A DNA stretch of 63,360 nucleotides, filler included, from Octopus bimaculoides (GCF_001194135.2; 8 parts of 6 records of this genome joined end to end with filler, not necessarily neighbours in it); one strand, 5' to 3'. Shown: positions 1-13,048, counted from the first letter of the whole stretch. The notes: generated by a model not told the origin, from the sequence alone. Numbers and translations: made by a program.

Positions 1-2
1 GA

Positions 3-372
3 AGAAAAAAATGCTTTCTAATTGATGTATCAATACCAGCAGATGACAACGTCTCTCTAAAAGAAATGGAAAAACTAACTCGAATGTGGAATCTAAAAAC
101 AGAAACAATTCCTATTATAGTAGGTGCCTTAGGTATAATAAAAAAAATATTCAGACAAATACATAACAAAAACACCAGGACTTACAAATATATATAACAT
201 ACAGAAAATTGCACTACTGGGCACAGCACACATCCTACGCAAAACACTTTCAATACAGTAACCATAAGAGTACCACAGCAAACCACAGCACATACCCAAG
301 GCGCACAGAGCTGCGCTCGATAGTGAAGTGAAAGCACGTTATAAAAACTACTGAATAATAATAATAATAATA
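3..372 (+). mobile_element. 3' end of R4/Dong-clade non-LTR retrotransposon (RLE C-terminus, 3'UTR, (TAA)n tail), decayed
   Basis: Frame 3 reads KKCFLIDVSIPADDNVSLKEMEKL/TRMWNLKTETIPIIVGALG. After a frameshift it continues KYITKTPGLTNIYNIQKIALLGTAHILRKTLSIQ* (stop 259-261). This is the typical R4-clade RLE C-terminus, with an internal deletion. A 3'UTR and (TAA)n at 354-372 follow. Confidence 0.8.
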
Positions 373-825
373 GCTGCACAACTCAACACCTTGTTAAATA
401 CTGACCAAGTAACACCAGAGTGATTGACAGTGGGCAGGACAGAGATGTGCTTGAAAAACATCGAAAAAGGCAATACGGTAGACAATTATGTGGAAATTAT
501 TGACTGGAATAGTCGCAGAGTCTATGTACGGACATCTGGATAAAAATGGAGCCCTGCCACATGAGCAGAAGACTTGCAAGCGTAAGTGCAGAGGTACCAA
601 GAATCAAATCATACCAGATATAACTGTACTTAGAGGCTGCAAGAGGAGGAAAACTAACGTAGCCATGTCATGGATCAATTATCGTAAGGCGTACGATATG
701 ATCCCACATTCTTGGATTATGGAATGTATGAACCTATTTGGTATTCCATCGAATGTTGAGCGATTGCTTGAAAAAAGTATGGTGAAGTGGAGGATGGAAC
801 TGACAGCATATGGAAGAAGGTCCTC
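371..825 (+). mobile_element. R4/Dong-clade reverse transcriptase fragment (N-terminal RT motifs), pseudogenised
   Basis: ORF 488-871 reads MWKLLTGIV..EQKTCKRKCRGTKNQ...WINYRKAYDMIPHSW, matching the R4-type MWKLLTGI/EQKGC/RGTKDQ/WIDYKKAYD.VPHSW motifs. The upstream frame gives AQLNTLL..PE*LTVGRT..KGNTVDNY. Confidence 0.85.
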
Positions 826-1345
826 TGAAGACCTTGCTCTTATTGATCAGGTATACATTGCTGGATTTTAGTCCTTGTTATGTCCGGAACTTCTTAATCA
901 TGTAAAGAGCATATCTATCTCCTTTTGATACATAGCCTAGACTTGTCCAGAACTTTACATTTGATGTTATGTGGTATTCTTTTATCACTTAGTTCCCATC
1001 TTGCTTCGCAAGAGCCGTCGTAGTCCTCTTTTCTGGATGTTTAAAGGTTGCAATATGTGAATAGCGCCGCTTCTTAAAGCGGTCTTGTACCATTCCCACA
1101 TATGTTTCCTCCGCTCTCGTTTTGGCTTGTTTCAGCTGGTGCAATGGTGGTTTCATACACATTAGACTTCACATTACAGTCTTACTGTACCACGTAGTTA
1201 TCCTTCATTCTGCAGAAACATCCCCGGCTTCTCTTCGGATTTGACTTTCTGGGGGACTCCCGATCTTATGAAAGCAGTGCAGAAATAACTGATTTTCACC
1301 GAATGCCTACTGAATATCATATACTTATTTTGAAGCAGAAAATTC
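825..1345 (-). mobile_element. Penelope-like element linker + GIY-YIG endonuclease fragment (Neptune/Nematis-like), decayed
   Basis: Minus-strand pieces read IFSRHSVKISYFC (cf. KIFNRNTVKVSYSC), CFCRMKDN, VYETTI, ETYVGMVQDRFKKRRYSHIATFKHPEK, TALAK, WELSDKRIPHNIK, YLINK. There are several frameshifts and stops. Confidence 0.75.
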
Positions 1346-3499
1346 TTATTTATTAGGTTGAAGACGTTACTTTGAAATTTAGGGAGAATGGGGGGTGTGA
1401 ACTAGATAATTGTCTTACTTCTATTTTTGTTTGTGTTTCGTTAAGGGTTGGGTACATGCTTAATTTTATCTTTATATCCGCTATTTCTAAGTGTTTTGTT
1501 GTAATAAGGGGTTGCTTTATGAAACATCTCTTTGGAATTAAGTGAACGCAAGTTAATACTGGCTGGTGTGTAACGTAGGGATTAAATATTTTTCTACACA
1601 TTTGAATTTTCGAAACCTAAGGTATCTCTAACTGAACCGGTAGAAGATATTAATAATAACATTTAACTCTGTTGACTATGCAGAGCGCTCTTTTTTCACT
1701 TCTGACATTCTATGTCTATATCTGACCTTCGATACGGCGTGTACACGCACTTACAAACAAATACACACACTTACGTTCACACAGACAGACAGACACACAC
1801 ACACACACACATACACACACACACACACACACACATACGCACGCACACACATACATATTATACATACATAGCAACCATGAGTCTTTGAGTCTAAAATAAA
1901 GCTTATACACAGAGTGAATGGAGACAAATTCATAGCAAGTTCATAAATGTACAATAATTTGTGAACGTGAAGGTCTCTCCTTCAAACAGCGGTCTTCAGT
2001 TTGCGAGATCGAATCACAATCAAAACCTTCAAGCAACGGCTTCAACTGCCTGGATGTTAATTCTTATGTATTATGAGTATATGCACACAAAACTCACATC
2101 TAGGAAGAAATATATGCACTTGGTTTCTCTATTAGTGGCTAATACAAGGAAGATACAAGGAAGCTAAAACAAGGAAAATAATCATTTCTTCATAATATGA
2201 GTCTGCATTAGAAATTTTAATTTGAAATTAAATAATTACGTGGAAAAAGATGCAGCGAATTAACAATTTCTTTATTCAATTGTTTATTTATTTATTTACT
2301 TATTACAATGTCCTTAAAATTTATAGTCGGTGGTAATAATGTATAGCACTATTTCTGTCCTTTTTACAAATCATGGGAATGATATAACCTGTGACATATT
2401 AAATAAGGATCGTTTTACGAAGTGAGACATTTTCCTTAAAGGTGAAAATAATTACAATCTACAGGAAATTCATGGAATGTGTATTTTCCTTTTCTTCATA
2501 AAACGTTAGCAGTTTAAGAATCGAGAAAAAAAGAAGAGACGTTCTATTTGTATATATACGGAATAAGAGTTGTTGCCTTGGGGAGTTCTACCTCGTGAAA
2601 ATGTCTTATAATAACCAATAGTTTCAGTTTCAGCTACAAACAAACCCACAAGCCGTTTTTCAATATACTCTCTGAGGTGACGACAATCATTTCAAACACT
2701 TTTTTTTTCGGTAATCCTTTGTGTATGTAGCTGAACAAACATATATTCATTAACATGAGTCTTGACCATAGTCAACAGTTTAAAACGGATTTTCGTGATA
2801 TCACAGTTGAAATTTTTCAAATACACTTGTTTTTTTTTTTTTGTTTTTTTGTTTTTTCAGTACAGATGGTCACGGCAGGGAAATAATCATTTCATCATAC
2901 TATGAGGTAGGATTAGAAATTTCAATTTGAAATTAAGTAATTAACACGAAAAAAGGAATAGAATTCACAAATTTANNNNNNNNNNCAATTTGAAATTAAG
3001 TAATTAACACGAAAAAAGGAATAGAATTCACAAATTTACTTTTTGATTTTTCTTTTTAATTATTACAATCTATATATCAATCAATATATCTATCTATCTA
3101 TGTGTCTGTCTGTATATATATAAACATATAATCTTTCTGTAATCATGAGCCAGTATACCACTTTCTTGAACGATATCTCGCTTACCAACTTACTATAAAT
3201 GCTATATGGAGTGATGTTATCTCCCTTGCTACCTTATGTTTAGAAGTACCACCAACTTACTCGCAAACACTCACAAATAAATAACACACAGTCTTTCGCT
3301 CGTATATGCTCATCCATGTAATCTCAACTATCAAGTATTAAAGAGTTAGGTGGAAATAGATATGAAAGAGAAAAAGCACAGGCGCACAGAAACACACATG
3401 AGCGCGCGCGCACATATAAATACCCCTACACAACTTTATATCTTATCCGTCTTCACTACGGGAAGTAATGTCGTGATGATTTTCTGTCACTTCTGGTTG

Positions 3500-4290
3500 T
3501 TCATGGTGAATTGCGATAACATTAATAGAGCAGTAAGTAGCGTTGGATTGCTTCGAGTTCTGCAAACAGTTTAACACTATTTGACGACCACAACTGAGAG
3601 CAATAGTCTAAATGACTGTGGAAAAATTTCCTTTACGCGACCAACATTATTTCTCTTTTCCAGTTGTAAATTATCCCAGAATCCAAACCTACAACAATCG
3701 TCTGTTCTGAGTTGTCGTCTCAGTAATTACATCTCAATAATATGCATATGAAACGCTACATAATTACGTTTTTGATTCTCAAGTCAAGCATTGATTCTTA
3801 CTCTGAGACTGCAATCCCATCTAGTCCTGTGAATTTTGATAGCAATAACTTATTGCAGAGTGTTTCAAATTTTTCAGCATTAGATTACTTTGTTTTCTGT
3901 TATCCACTTGTAAACTGCATTTAGATTTTGATGTAGCGTTATGATATCAATGAGGTTTCTTGATTACCTTTGATACTTCTGTACTGTAATCCATAGCCAA
4001 GGTTTTTTGCGCTTGTATCTGGGGGAGATATTACAAACAGTGATGATCCCAAGGCATTTCCTTGAGGAACACCCCTCGGAGTTAATAACTCGTTTGAAAG
4101 TGCATTGCTCGTTGCGACTGCTCTTCTACCTCTCCAAAAATAATGCAGCCACTTTCCTAAGTTTTCCAACAATACAGATATCAAGTAATTTGAGACGTCT
4201 TATTTCAATATAAACTTCATTGAATCCATTCGAAAGTCAAATATACCGTAGTCTATATCACAATGGCTAAGCAGCTGTTTCAATGCCTGA
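3500..4290 (-). mobile_element. CR1/L2/Jockey-group LINE reverse transcriptase and C-terminal fragment, decayed
   Basis: Minus strand gives QLLSHCD, GKL.KWLHYF, RGVPQGNALGSSLFVI, NLNAVYKWITEN..NAEKFE and HLDYCSQLWSSNSVKLFAELEAIQR, which are collinear with apurinic-endonuclease LINE RT motifs. Confidence 0.75.
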
Positions 4291-6089
4291 TCGTTATGTT
4301 GTAGGGTAATCTACTACTCAAAAGGAGGCCGCACTATGTCTCAGCTAATTATTTCCCCCTAAGAATGTAATCATTTAATGATTACTTGTTTCATGCATAT
4401 ATCAAAAATCAGAAAGGGTAGTCTGTAATTTTCAGAGGTTTTATAAAAGCTTATCAAGGTCAGAGAAAATCGTAAGCATCACAACTATACTATTTGTGAA
4501 ACGAGATCTAAAATAGTGTTTTAGAGATTGTTGGGAGACGATTATAAGCTATATGAAAATATAACAGTATGTTATTTGGTTCCCCACAAGAACAGTATTT
4601 GATACTAAATTTGGGAATATGAATGTAAAAGAAAACTGCAGTAGTCTTTTCAAAGTGATTTTCAGTAATAGCTATATGAATTAAGGATTTAAAGATACAG
4701 ATATCAGGGTTGCTGAAATTGTATGGACGAGGAATTTCTTCTGTTTATAATAGTTATCGATGCTTATAGAGCAGTTGTTGTTTCATTTTATTAAGGATTT
4801 CATGATATCTAAGTTCTACTGAGAAATATTTCTTAAGGTTGAGAAAAAGAAAAATCGTGGAAACATTGAAATACGTACTTAAACTATACACTGGATTATA
4901 CCATATAATATTTCTTTGTCTTTTTTAAACCACTGTTTTTAATGCGACATTGTGATAATGAGCATCATGAAAAAAAAAGGGTTCCTCGTCATTTGATTGG
5001 ATACACGTATTCTAAAATTATTAAAGTTTCAAGGAATACTGGAATATAACTATAAACTATAATTAACACATTGCAATTTGTTGCTTGGTTTTTGTAAGTT
5101 GGGCGTTTCCTACTACTTGAATCTGGGAGTTATATCTAAAATTGATTATTATATATTTTTAACTACTGTGATCTTTAAATATAATTTTTGGTATATGTTA
5201 ATGAACCCCTTCTTAAGTGCAGTTATTATATCACCATTCGTATTTCACAAAATGTAATTCCCACAATCACGGGAGAAACAGAACTATATAATAAAACATC
5301 TATATGTGCCTTGTTAACACTGTATCCTTAAAATATTAGTTCATCACGATTATTTCTCCTCTATGTAAGGCTTATTGAAAAATTCCTCTAAAACTGTTCT
5401 TGTATAATACGTTGGTATTATGCAAAAGACCAAAACGTTGCTTTTTCAGAAAACGAAAGAATAGCTTCACCATTCCATTTCTTTTTACATTAGCAACGGT
5501 TTCAGCTTAACAATAATACTTTGTTGAGTGCATAAAATCGTAACTTTATGCATGCATGATTTTTTCAGTCAGAAATATTTTTGCAAAACTGGGACTTATT
5601 ACACTTTCGAAAAATGTTAAACCCTTGTACTACACTTTGGCAAATTTCATATCTTGGCATCTGAAGCAGCTGGAGATACGATAGTTTGACCAAAAGAACC
5701 GGTTATTGTAAGAAAAATTAAATATTTAAAAAAAAACACGTTTGGCCAAATTTGGACATACGACAGCTTAAATAATAACAACTATTTATTCAGGCTATTT
5801 TAACACTCATGAAATTAGTGTATTATAGAATATCCATCCCGCGGTGCTGGTTCCAGAAGTCGTGATCTTAATTTTTCACAAATATAACATTCTACTATAT
5901 CCTTTTAAAATTTTGAATGAAAAATGAGAAATGAATTCTTGAGAACACCGTCAACGACGTTTATTAAGTAGATTCAAATTAGAATATGGCTACAATAGCT
6001 TATTTTATCCATATCTCATCTGTCTTAATCAAAAGACGGTCTAAAGGAAAACTCCACTCAATTGACATGAATATATATGGTTTTGTATG

Positions 6090-6205
6090 TTATCAATCAG
6101 TTTCATTTCTGTATTTCTTGTCCATAGAGAAAGAGCCGGACTCTAACATAGATTCAAGGCTCCTTTATTGGAACTTTTATCAACATCATCTAGGTATTTG
6201 TGCAT
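6090..6205 (-). repeat. ~105-bp dispersed module (copy 1 of 3), probable 3' terminus of a TACA-tailed LINE
   Basis: The reverse complement aligns by eye with 11396-11503 and 42164-42266 (..GATGTTGA..CCAAT(G/A)AAGGAGCCTTG.AT.TA.GTTAGA..CC.G.TCTTTCTCTAT..CAAGAAAT..GAAAT.AAACTGA). Confidence 0.7.
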
Positions 6206-6432
6206 ATGTGTGTATGTGTGTGTGTAGTATTTGGTGTTAATGTATGCGCAGATTTGTATGTTTGTTTTATGGATGCGTTTTTATGTATATATTTTCATGT
6301 CTAGATGCATGCATATGTATTTATGTGCTAAATTTTTGGAAAGTTTTTTTTTTGGAAATGTATGTATGTATGCACACGCACACAGTCATACACATATACA
6401 AACATAATATAGATACATGCCTTCATACTACT

Positions 6433-6465
<33 letters not shown>

Positions 6466-6691
6466 GTACATNNNNNNNNNNNNNNNNNNNNNNNNNNNNN
6501 NNNNNNNNNNNNNNNNNNNNNNNNNNNNNNNNNNNNNNNNNNNNNNNNNNNNNNNNNNNNNNNNNNNNNNNNNNNNNNNNNNNNNNNNNNNNNNNNNNNN
6601 NNNNNNNNNNNNNNNNNNNNNNNNNNNNNNNNNNNNNNNNNNNNNNNNNNNNNNNNNNNNNNNNNNNNNNNNNNNNNNNNNNNNNNNNNNN

Positions 6692-6744
<53 letters not shown>

Positions 6745-6794
6745 GACACCCGTGTAATTGCGTCTGTGCATCTTTGTGTTTATTCGATCAAATC

Positions 6795-7140
6795 CTTCCG
6801 GCCGGTACCAAATGACAGCAGATCAAAAGCAATCATGACTGAATGCATGTCTTGAACTGAAAGAATAGTTAAAAGTTGATCCGGACCTTTTTTCGAAGGT
6901 CATCATTGGTGACGAAAGCTGGGACTACAGAATTTGCAGACACGGAAGAGGTGAAGAAAAAAACAACGGAGGTGTTACAAGTATCACTTCGTAAGAGTTC
7001 CAGCACTGTTTCGAATAGTGGATATGGACCGATGGATTGCTTCAAATGGAGAAAACTTTGAAGGCGATAAAGGTGTAAACATGTAAAATTAAGTGAATAC
7101 AATAATATTGCAAAATGCCAGTTTCTTTTTAGTACCCTTC
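6795..7140 (+). mobile_element. mariner transposase remnant with large internal deletion and 3' TIR
   Basis: MTADQKQS*LNACLELKE*LKVDPDLFSKVIIGDESW is joined to RFADTEEVKKKTTEVL..EFQHCFE*W..IASNGENFEGDK. A TIR-like end CAGTTTCTTTTTAGTACCCTTC is followed by TA. Confidence 0.75.
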
Positions 7141-8164
7141 TAGAATTCTTCAACATGCTTTAGGAAACACTTGCATGCACATACGCACATACATACAAGT
7201 ACTCATATATACACATACATATATGTGTGTGCGTGTGTGTGTGCGTGCTTGCACGTGCGTGTAAACATTTACGAAACTCTTAATCAGTGAATTCTAAAAC
7301 AATTTCAAATATATCTTCAGCCTACGAACAAAACTAATATACCCGTCCTTCTCTTATTAACAACCTCCAGTCTATAAGGTAACTTTTTTCTTTACTCTGT
7401 CTTACTGATATGCACAAACCTTTGGCTGACTACAGAATCAACAAAGTCAAACATGTACATATTTCTGTGTATACGCTATTTTAGCTTCGAAAATTTCGTA
7501 CTAAGTATATGTAAATGTTTTCTCTCTGTTGACAATCGTCCGAAAGACTTATAACCAATTATCAATTAGCATAATCATCTAATGTACACTAATGGCTTGT
7601 TGGTCATCATTGAAACTTTTGCTTTCGTGTAGAAGCTGAAATATAGATAGATATACTGAATTTGTTCCTCACTGTCATTTTCAGTATCATAGTAGAATCT
7701 GTTCTTACTAGAGGTTCGCATGAAATGCCATTCAGTATTTAATTTTGTTCTTTTTTATCTTTTTAAAACTCATCATGAATTGTTAAATTATGAAGAAACG
7801 AACTAGATCCAAACGAAACTGGTGATGGTCTGCATCGGAGAAAAATAAAAATAAAAATCTGAAATAAGGTATGTGCGAGTACCGTGTTGGTATGTGAGTT
7901 TTGGGGAAGAAACTGGAAGTGGAGTGGAATACTGTGAGTATTAAGAGCGACAAGCAGACATTCAAATCACTTCTCTTTTCTTTTTTTTTTCTTTCAAAAA
8001 GGGATTATTCTGAACATTAGGATTTGCGCATCACGAATTTAAGTTATTTTACGTTACAAGCAGCAGTCATGTGCAACTGTCGATCCAGTCGCCTTATAAC
8101 ATACGCTTCTCTTTTAAATGCTTCTCATATCAATTCAAGAATTCATTCATAAGAGAAACATGGG

Positions 8165-8285
8165 TGGTGAGTAATAAAACAGCAGCTTGCAGCATTTTGT
8201 TACGATTCTTCATGTTTTGCGTTCAAATCCTGCCGTGATAAATTTTAGTTTCTAGGACCGATCAAATTAGTACCAGTTACATGCT
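8165..8285 (+). mobile_element. highly degenerate SINE fragment (Nin/Deu-domain-like family)
   Basis: GTTCAAATCCTGCCG...GACCGATCAAATTAGTACCAGTT resembles the better copies at 10983-11146 and 34860-34960. Confidence 0.45.
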
Positions 8286-8661
8286 AAACAAAAAACGGTT
8301 TTTCTTTGTCTCAAAATGTTTAGCTTTTCCGCTGATGTTAGAATCTGAAGACGAACAGCCCTCAAAACAGTACATTTCGTAATATAATTTAAATTGGGTT
8401 TTGTGTTTATTTAAATAATTATTTGTTCCAATACACTTTGGTCACTATAACAATTTGGTGAGTTCATAGTTGATAATCAGAGGGAATGTCAATAAGAAAA
8501 CATTAATGTGATGTACTGGCCCTTGGCTTTCTTCTGTAGTCGATGTTAACAATGATGTGAACATTTCCTATTAAAAACAAAACAAAAAAGATTCATTTAT
8601 TTAAATTCTTGCATGTAAATAACTATGAGTATATGTACATGTGTGAAAAGCAGACAGGGAA

Positions 8662-8777
<116 letters not shown>

Positions 8778-9524
8778 ATAATGAGGGAGAAAGGAAGGAA
8801 GAGAGGAAAGGAGAGGGAGAGAGAATATGAGTAGCTCTGTGTTCTGTGTCGTAGGCTGCATGTGAATATGTATGACAGAGTATATAGCAATACTGTATGT
8901 GTAAATGTCTGTATTTTTGACAGAAAATTCTGTCAATATCGTTTCAGTCCACTAATGTTACATGTATAGAAGTTACATTTCTCTGACGTTCTGACAATAA
9001 ATCTTGGTTAAGGAATTTATATTATGTAACGAATAATCACCCATGTTAATGAAACATACGTGAAGTTGAGTAACTAAATATTTTATGAACAATCTCTCAT
9101 GTTTTTTCTTCGTTTATTCAGGAATCAAAGTATAATTTCTTTTGCTAGAGAAATAATAAACACTCTCACACACACATGCACACACGCACACATATACAGT
9201 CAGTTTGAATATCTAGTTTACAAATTACAGAATATTATAAGCGTAAGGAGGTGATGCAACCATCTGATGTGTGTAAGACATCGCTTCTTCAGGCAACTCA
9301 GAGTGATGCCTTCGTTTATTAGTGTGGTTATCATTAAACTATATTATAACTTCCCATTATATTCATCTAGTTGAACGTACAGTTATTTCGAGTAAGAACC
9401 ATCACTGTTCAGTGAGTGTGTGTGTGTGTAATGTGTTTGTGCATGTATGACTACATATATGATCATGTAGTACTCACACATATCTACCATTATTGTGTCC
9501 AGCATATATATATATATATATATA

Positions 9525-9624
9525 NNNNNNNNNNNNNNNNNNNNNNNNNNNNNNNNNNNNNNNNNNNNTTAATTAATTAANNNNNNNNNNNNNNNNNNNN
9601 NNNNNNNNNNNNNNNNNNNNNNNN
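9525..9624. other. artificial assembly spacer 44N-TTAATTAATTAA-44N
   Basis: Exactly 100 bp. Identical structure at seven places in the window. Confidence 0.95.
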
Positions 9625-9681
<57 letters not shown>

Positions 9682-10814
9682 GTACACGTATGCATACTAA
9701 ATTTTCTCCTGTCCCATTTCTAACCTGAAATATCTACTGTGTAATTAAAGACAATAGATCGCTGACAATCAAACCTATTTATTCTATCCACTAATTAATT
9801 GTCGCTACCTTTCATTTAAGCAATATAGTAATTAGCCTACTTTTTTTTTCTGAATACTAATAAAGGTAAGAACGTTTTCGTGAACTCACAGTCCGAGGGC
9901 CAACAGCACGGAAGGTCAAAACTTAAAATTAAGTATCAACATTTAGTTATGCTATGTAATATACAATTACCTACATATTTTGTATTAAGTTCTTTATCAG
10001 ATAATATTTAATAAATGCTTAACATACATCTATATGTCTTAGACATTACGAAACATACATACATACATACACACATACATACATACATACATACACACAT
10101 ACATACATACATAATGTATGTGTATGTGTGTACACATGTATATGTATGTATGTATGCATCTATGTATGTATGTATGTATGCTCATGATACTCCAGTTATG
10201 TGAAAGGAATTTTGTTAAATAAACTATCTACCCTTGAACGCCTCTTTTGCGTACTGTCATGTTCATTTATAGATGAATAAGATAACTAGTAACATTTTAA
10301 TGCAATATATATATATACACACACACACTCACACATACATACAGGCATACAAACATACATACATATATGGATACATACAGGCAGACCGACGGATATAATA
10401 ACAACTTTATATATGTACAGGGTGGCCCAAAAGTAGGTTTACAGTTATTCAACTATCTCTTTCACATTCATATATTAACAGTTTAGATCTTAATTATATA
10501 AAGATATGAAACCATTATTTTATGCTAATTTAGTTAATTTTGTCAAGCTCCATTTTCAGCTTGTGAGGTTAACTGGCCAAAACTTTGAAGACATTGTCAA
10601 TAATATTCATGTTTAAGAATAATTGATATATACACATATATATCTGCTTGTGTGTGTATGTGTGAGTGTAAACATTAAAACTTTATTCTCTCTATCGCCG
10701 CCGTGAGAGCTACATCATTTGCACAACGGGGAGAGTATAACACAAGCTTTTACCCAAACGACCTTAACATCGGATTCAGAATTCATCCAAAGCTGTGGCC
10801 ACGTGCCACAAATC

Positions 10815-11146
10815 GGTGACACACCGGACAAAACGCTTGGCAGCACTTTATCCGTCTCTACGTTCTGAGATCACATTCGGCCAAAGTCGACTTGACCTTT
10901 CATCTTTTCGGAGTCGATAAAATATGTACTAGTCGGGCACTGAGTCGATGTAATTGCCTAGCCCCACCCTACCTCAACCATAACGGTGTTTCGTCCGTCT
11001 TAGCGTTCTGAGTTCAAATTCCGCCGAGATCGACTTTGCCTTAAACCCCTTCGGGGTTGATGAAGTAAGTACCTGTTGAGTACTGGGGTCAATGTAATCG
11101 ACTTACCCCTCTCCTGAACTTGCTGGCCCTGTGCCAAAATTTCAAA
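10815..11146 (+). mobile_element. two tandem copies of a SINE with Nin/Deu-domain-like core
   Basis: Both copies (10815-10960, 10983-11146) carry CGTTCTGAG.TCA.ATTC.GCC.A..TCGACTT..CCTT..A.C..TTCGG.GT.GAT.AA.TA.GTAC..GT....ACTG..GTC.ATGTAAT. The domain name is from recall of published Deu/Nin-domain SINEs. Confidence 0.7.
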
Positions 11147-11172
11147 TTATCATCATCATCGTCACCATTAGC

Positions 11173-11275
11173 AGAAGAAGAAGAAGAAGAAGAAGAAGAA
11201 GAAGAAGAAGAAGAAGAAGAAGAAGAAGAAGAAGAAGAAGAAGAAGAAGAAGAAGAAGAAGAAGAAGAAGAAGAA
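11173..11275. repeat. (GAA)n microsatellite
   Basis: Uninterrupted run, directly visible. Confidence 0.98.
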
Positions 11276-11395
11276 TCGTTTAAAATAATACGTATTTACT
11301 ATACTATCAATATACTGGCGGTGAATGCAGTCCATAGACATAAAAGATATTCAGTGATGATGTGAGGACCATACATACATACATACATACATACA

Positions 11396-11503
11396 AAAAT
11401 ACTCTTTTGCTGATGTTGAAATGCCAATGAAGGAGCCTTGGATTTAGGTTAGAAACCAGTTCTTTCTCTATTGGCAAGAAATCTTAAAATAAACTGAATA
11501 ATA
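11396..11503 (+). repeat. ~105-bp dispersed module (copy 2 of 3) between (CATA)n tracts
   Basis: Preceded by (CATA)n at 11370-11395. Ends CTGAATAATA and is followed by ACATACATACAT. Confidence 0.75.
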
Positions 11504-11560
11504 ACATACATACATGCATCCATGTATATATATCTACATTCATATACTTATATATTGTAC

Positions 11561-11593
<33 letters not shown>

Positions 11594-11720
11594 NNNNNNN
11601 NNNNNNNNNNNNNNNNNNNNNNNNNNNNNNNNNNNNNNNNNNNNNNNNNNNNNNNNNNNNNNNNNNNNNNNNNNNNNNNNNNNNNNNNNNNNNNNNNNNN
11701 NNNNNNNNNNNNNNNNNNNN

Positions 11721-11767
<47 letters not shown>

Positions 11768-12019
11768 TATATAACATATATATATAGATATAACATATAT
11801 ACGTTTATATATAGATACACACACAAACACACACACACATACACACATGTGTTCATGCGTGCGCCAGTATTGTACCGAATGGAATGAGAAAGTGGGCAGA
11901 ACTTTTTAATTAACTGACATAGGTCGTTCAAATTACAAGTGTTGATGGAGCAACTCTTCCTCTGTAGTAACTCTACTTCCTTTTAATTTTAATTGTATGC
12001 AAGTAACGCGTCCTAAGCA

Positions 12020-13048
12020 ACGCCAAACCTCGTCAAAACTCGTCGTTGGGGTTTTGGTGAAGGAGGGATGCAGGTCGTCCAACATCCATAGTAGGTTATA
12101 GTTTGTTTACGGACATGGTACCACTGACAGGAGGAATGTACACAGATAGATGCCGAAGTTTCAAGTAATGAAAACCAACATTGAAAAGAACCATGCAGTT
12201 GGAGACCACCTGCTGCGATCACTGAGACGAATTGTCAGTAAGTGGGCGAGGTGACTCTTATAGTCAGACGAATAACTGAACAATGGTCAAAAGCTGGTGG
12301 AAGTCCTTGGATTTCGACAAGAGTGTGTAAAGTGGATACCTGGGTAGCTGACAGCCGATTTGAGGAAGAAAAGAATAGAAGCCTGCTCTGATGTCTGGAA
12401 GTGTTTGAAGCCAATGAAGGCACGTCTTCCCTGGCCTGGTGACAGGAGAAGGAACATAGGCGTTTATTTATGGTTCTGGAATGGCGTTTATGGTTCGGTC
12501 TATGGAATGGCGTCAGGCCTCTTCTCGAAGATGTAAGATATTCAAGAGCCTGCAATCGGCACACAGAAAGTTGTGGTAGCTGGGGACTTTTTCATAAGGA
12601 TGTCATTCTTCTTCATTTTCTGGACCATGAGTTGATCATGAAGAGTGGGCGGTACATTGAGACACTCAAAAATCACTGAAACACTAGAAACTGCTCGGAA
12701 GAAGAGACCAACAAGAGGCTGATATTCGCCATAACAATATATGGCCATACATATCTTTGGCAATAGATTAGACAATCGGTAACTAGGCTGATACGTGATC
12801 CTCCATCCACACCGTACATCCATGATCTGGAGCTCTCCGACTTTCATTTTCTCAGATTAATGAAGAATAGCCTTTGGGGACAACAGTGACAACAGTTTGA
12901 CGAATGAGACGAAGTGAAGCTGGTTTGGTTATGATAAAGTGTGTACAACAGTGCACATTTGAAATTTTCCCAAGCGGGTTCGAGAGATGAGTTCAACGAT
13001 GACGGAAATACATCAGTTGTGATGGAAACTCTTTAGGTAGAACCCTCG
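12020..13048 (+). mobile_element. near full-length decayed mariner element
   Basis: Motifs in order: LVKEG..NIHSRL*FVYGHGTTDRRNVHR, KWIPG*LT (WVP motif), LVTG, DVILLHFL...RYIETLK, TPYIHDLELSDFHFL (YSPDL motif), YISCDGN. The 3' end reads AACCCTCG-TA. Many stops and frameshifts. Confidence 0.8.

Noticed and set aside
9569-9580. TTAATTAATTAA as a homeodomain site or PacI-like biological repeat
   Set aside because: It is always centred in exactly 44+44 N, so it is synthetic.
10416-10445. TA|CAGGGTGGCCCAAAAGT solo Tc1/mariner-like TIR
   Set aside because: No matching right end or transposase sequence nearby, so it is too little to call an element.
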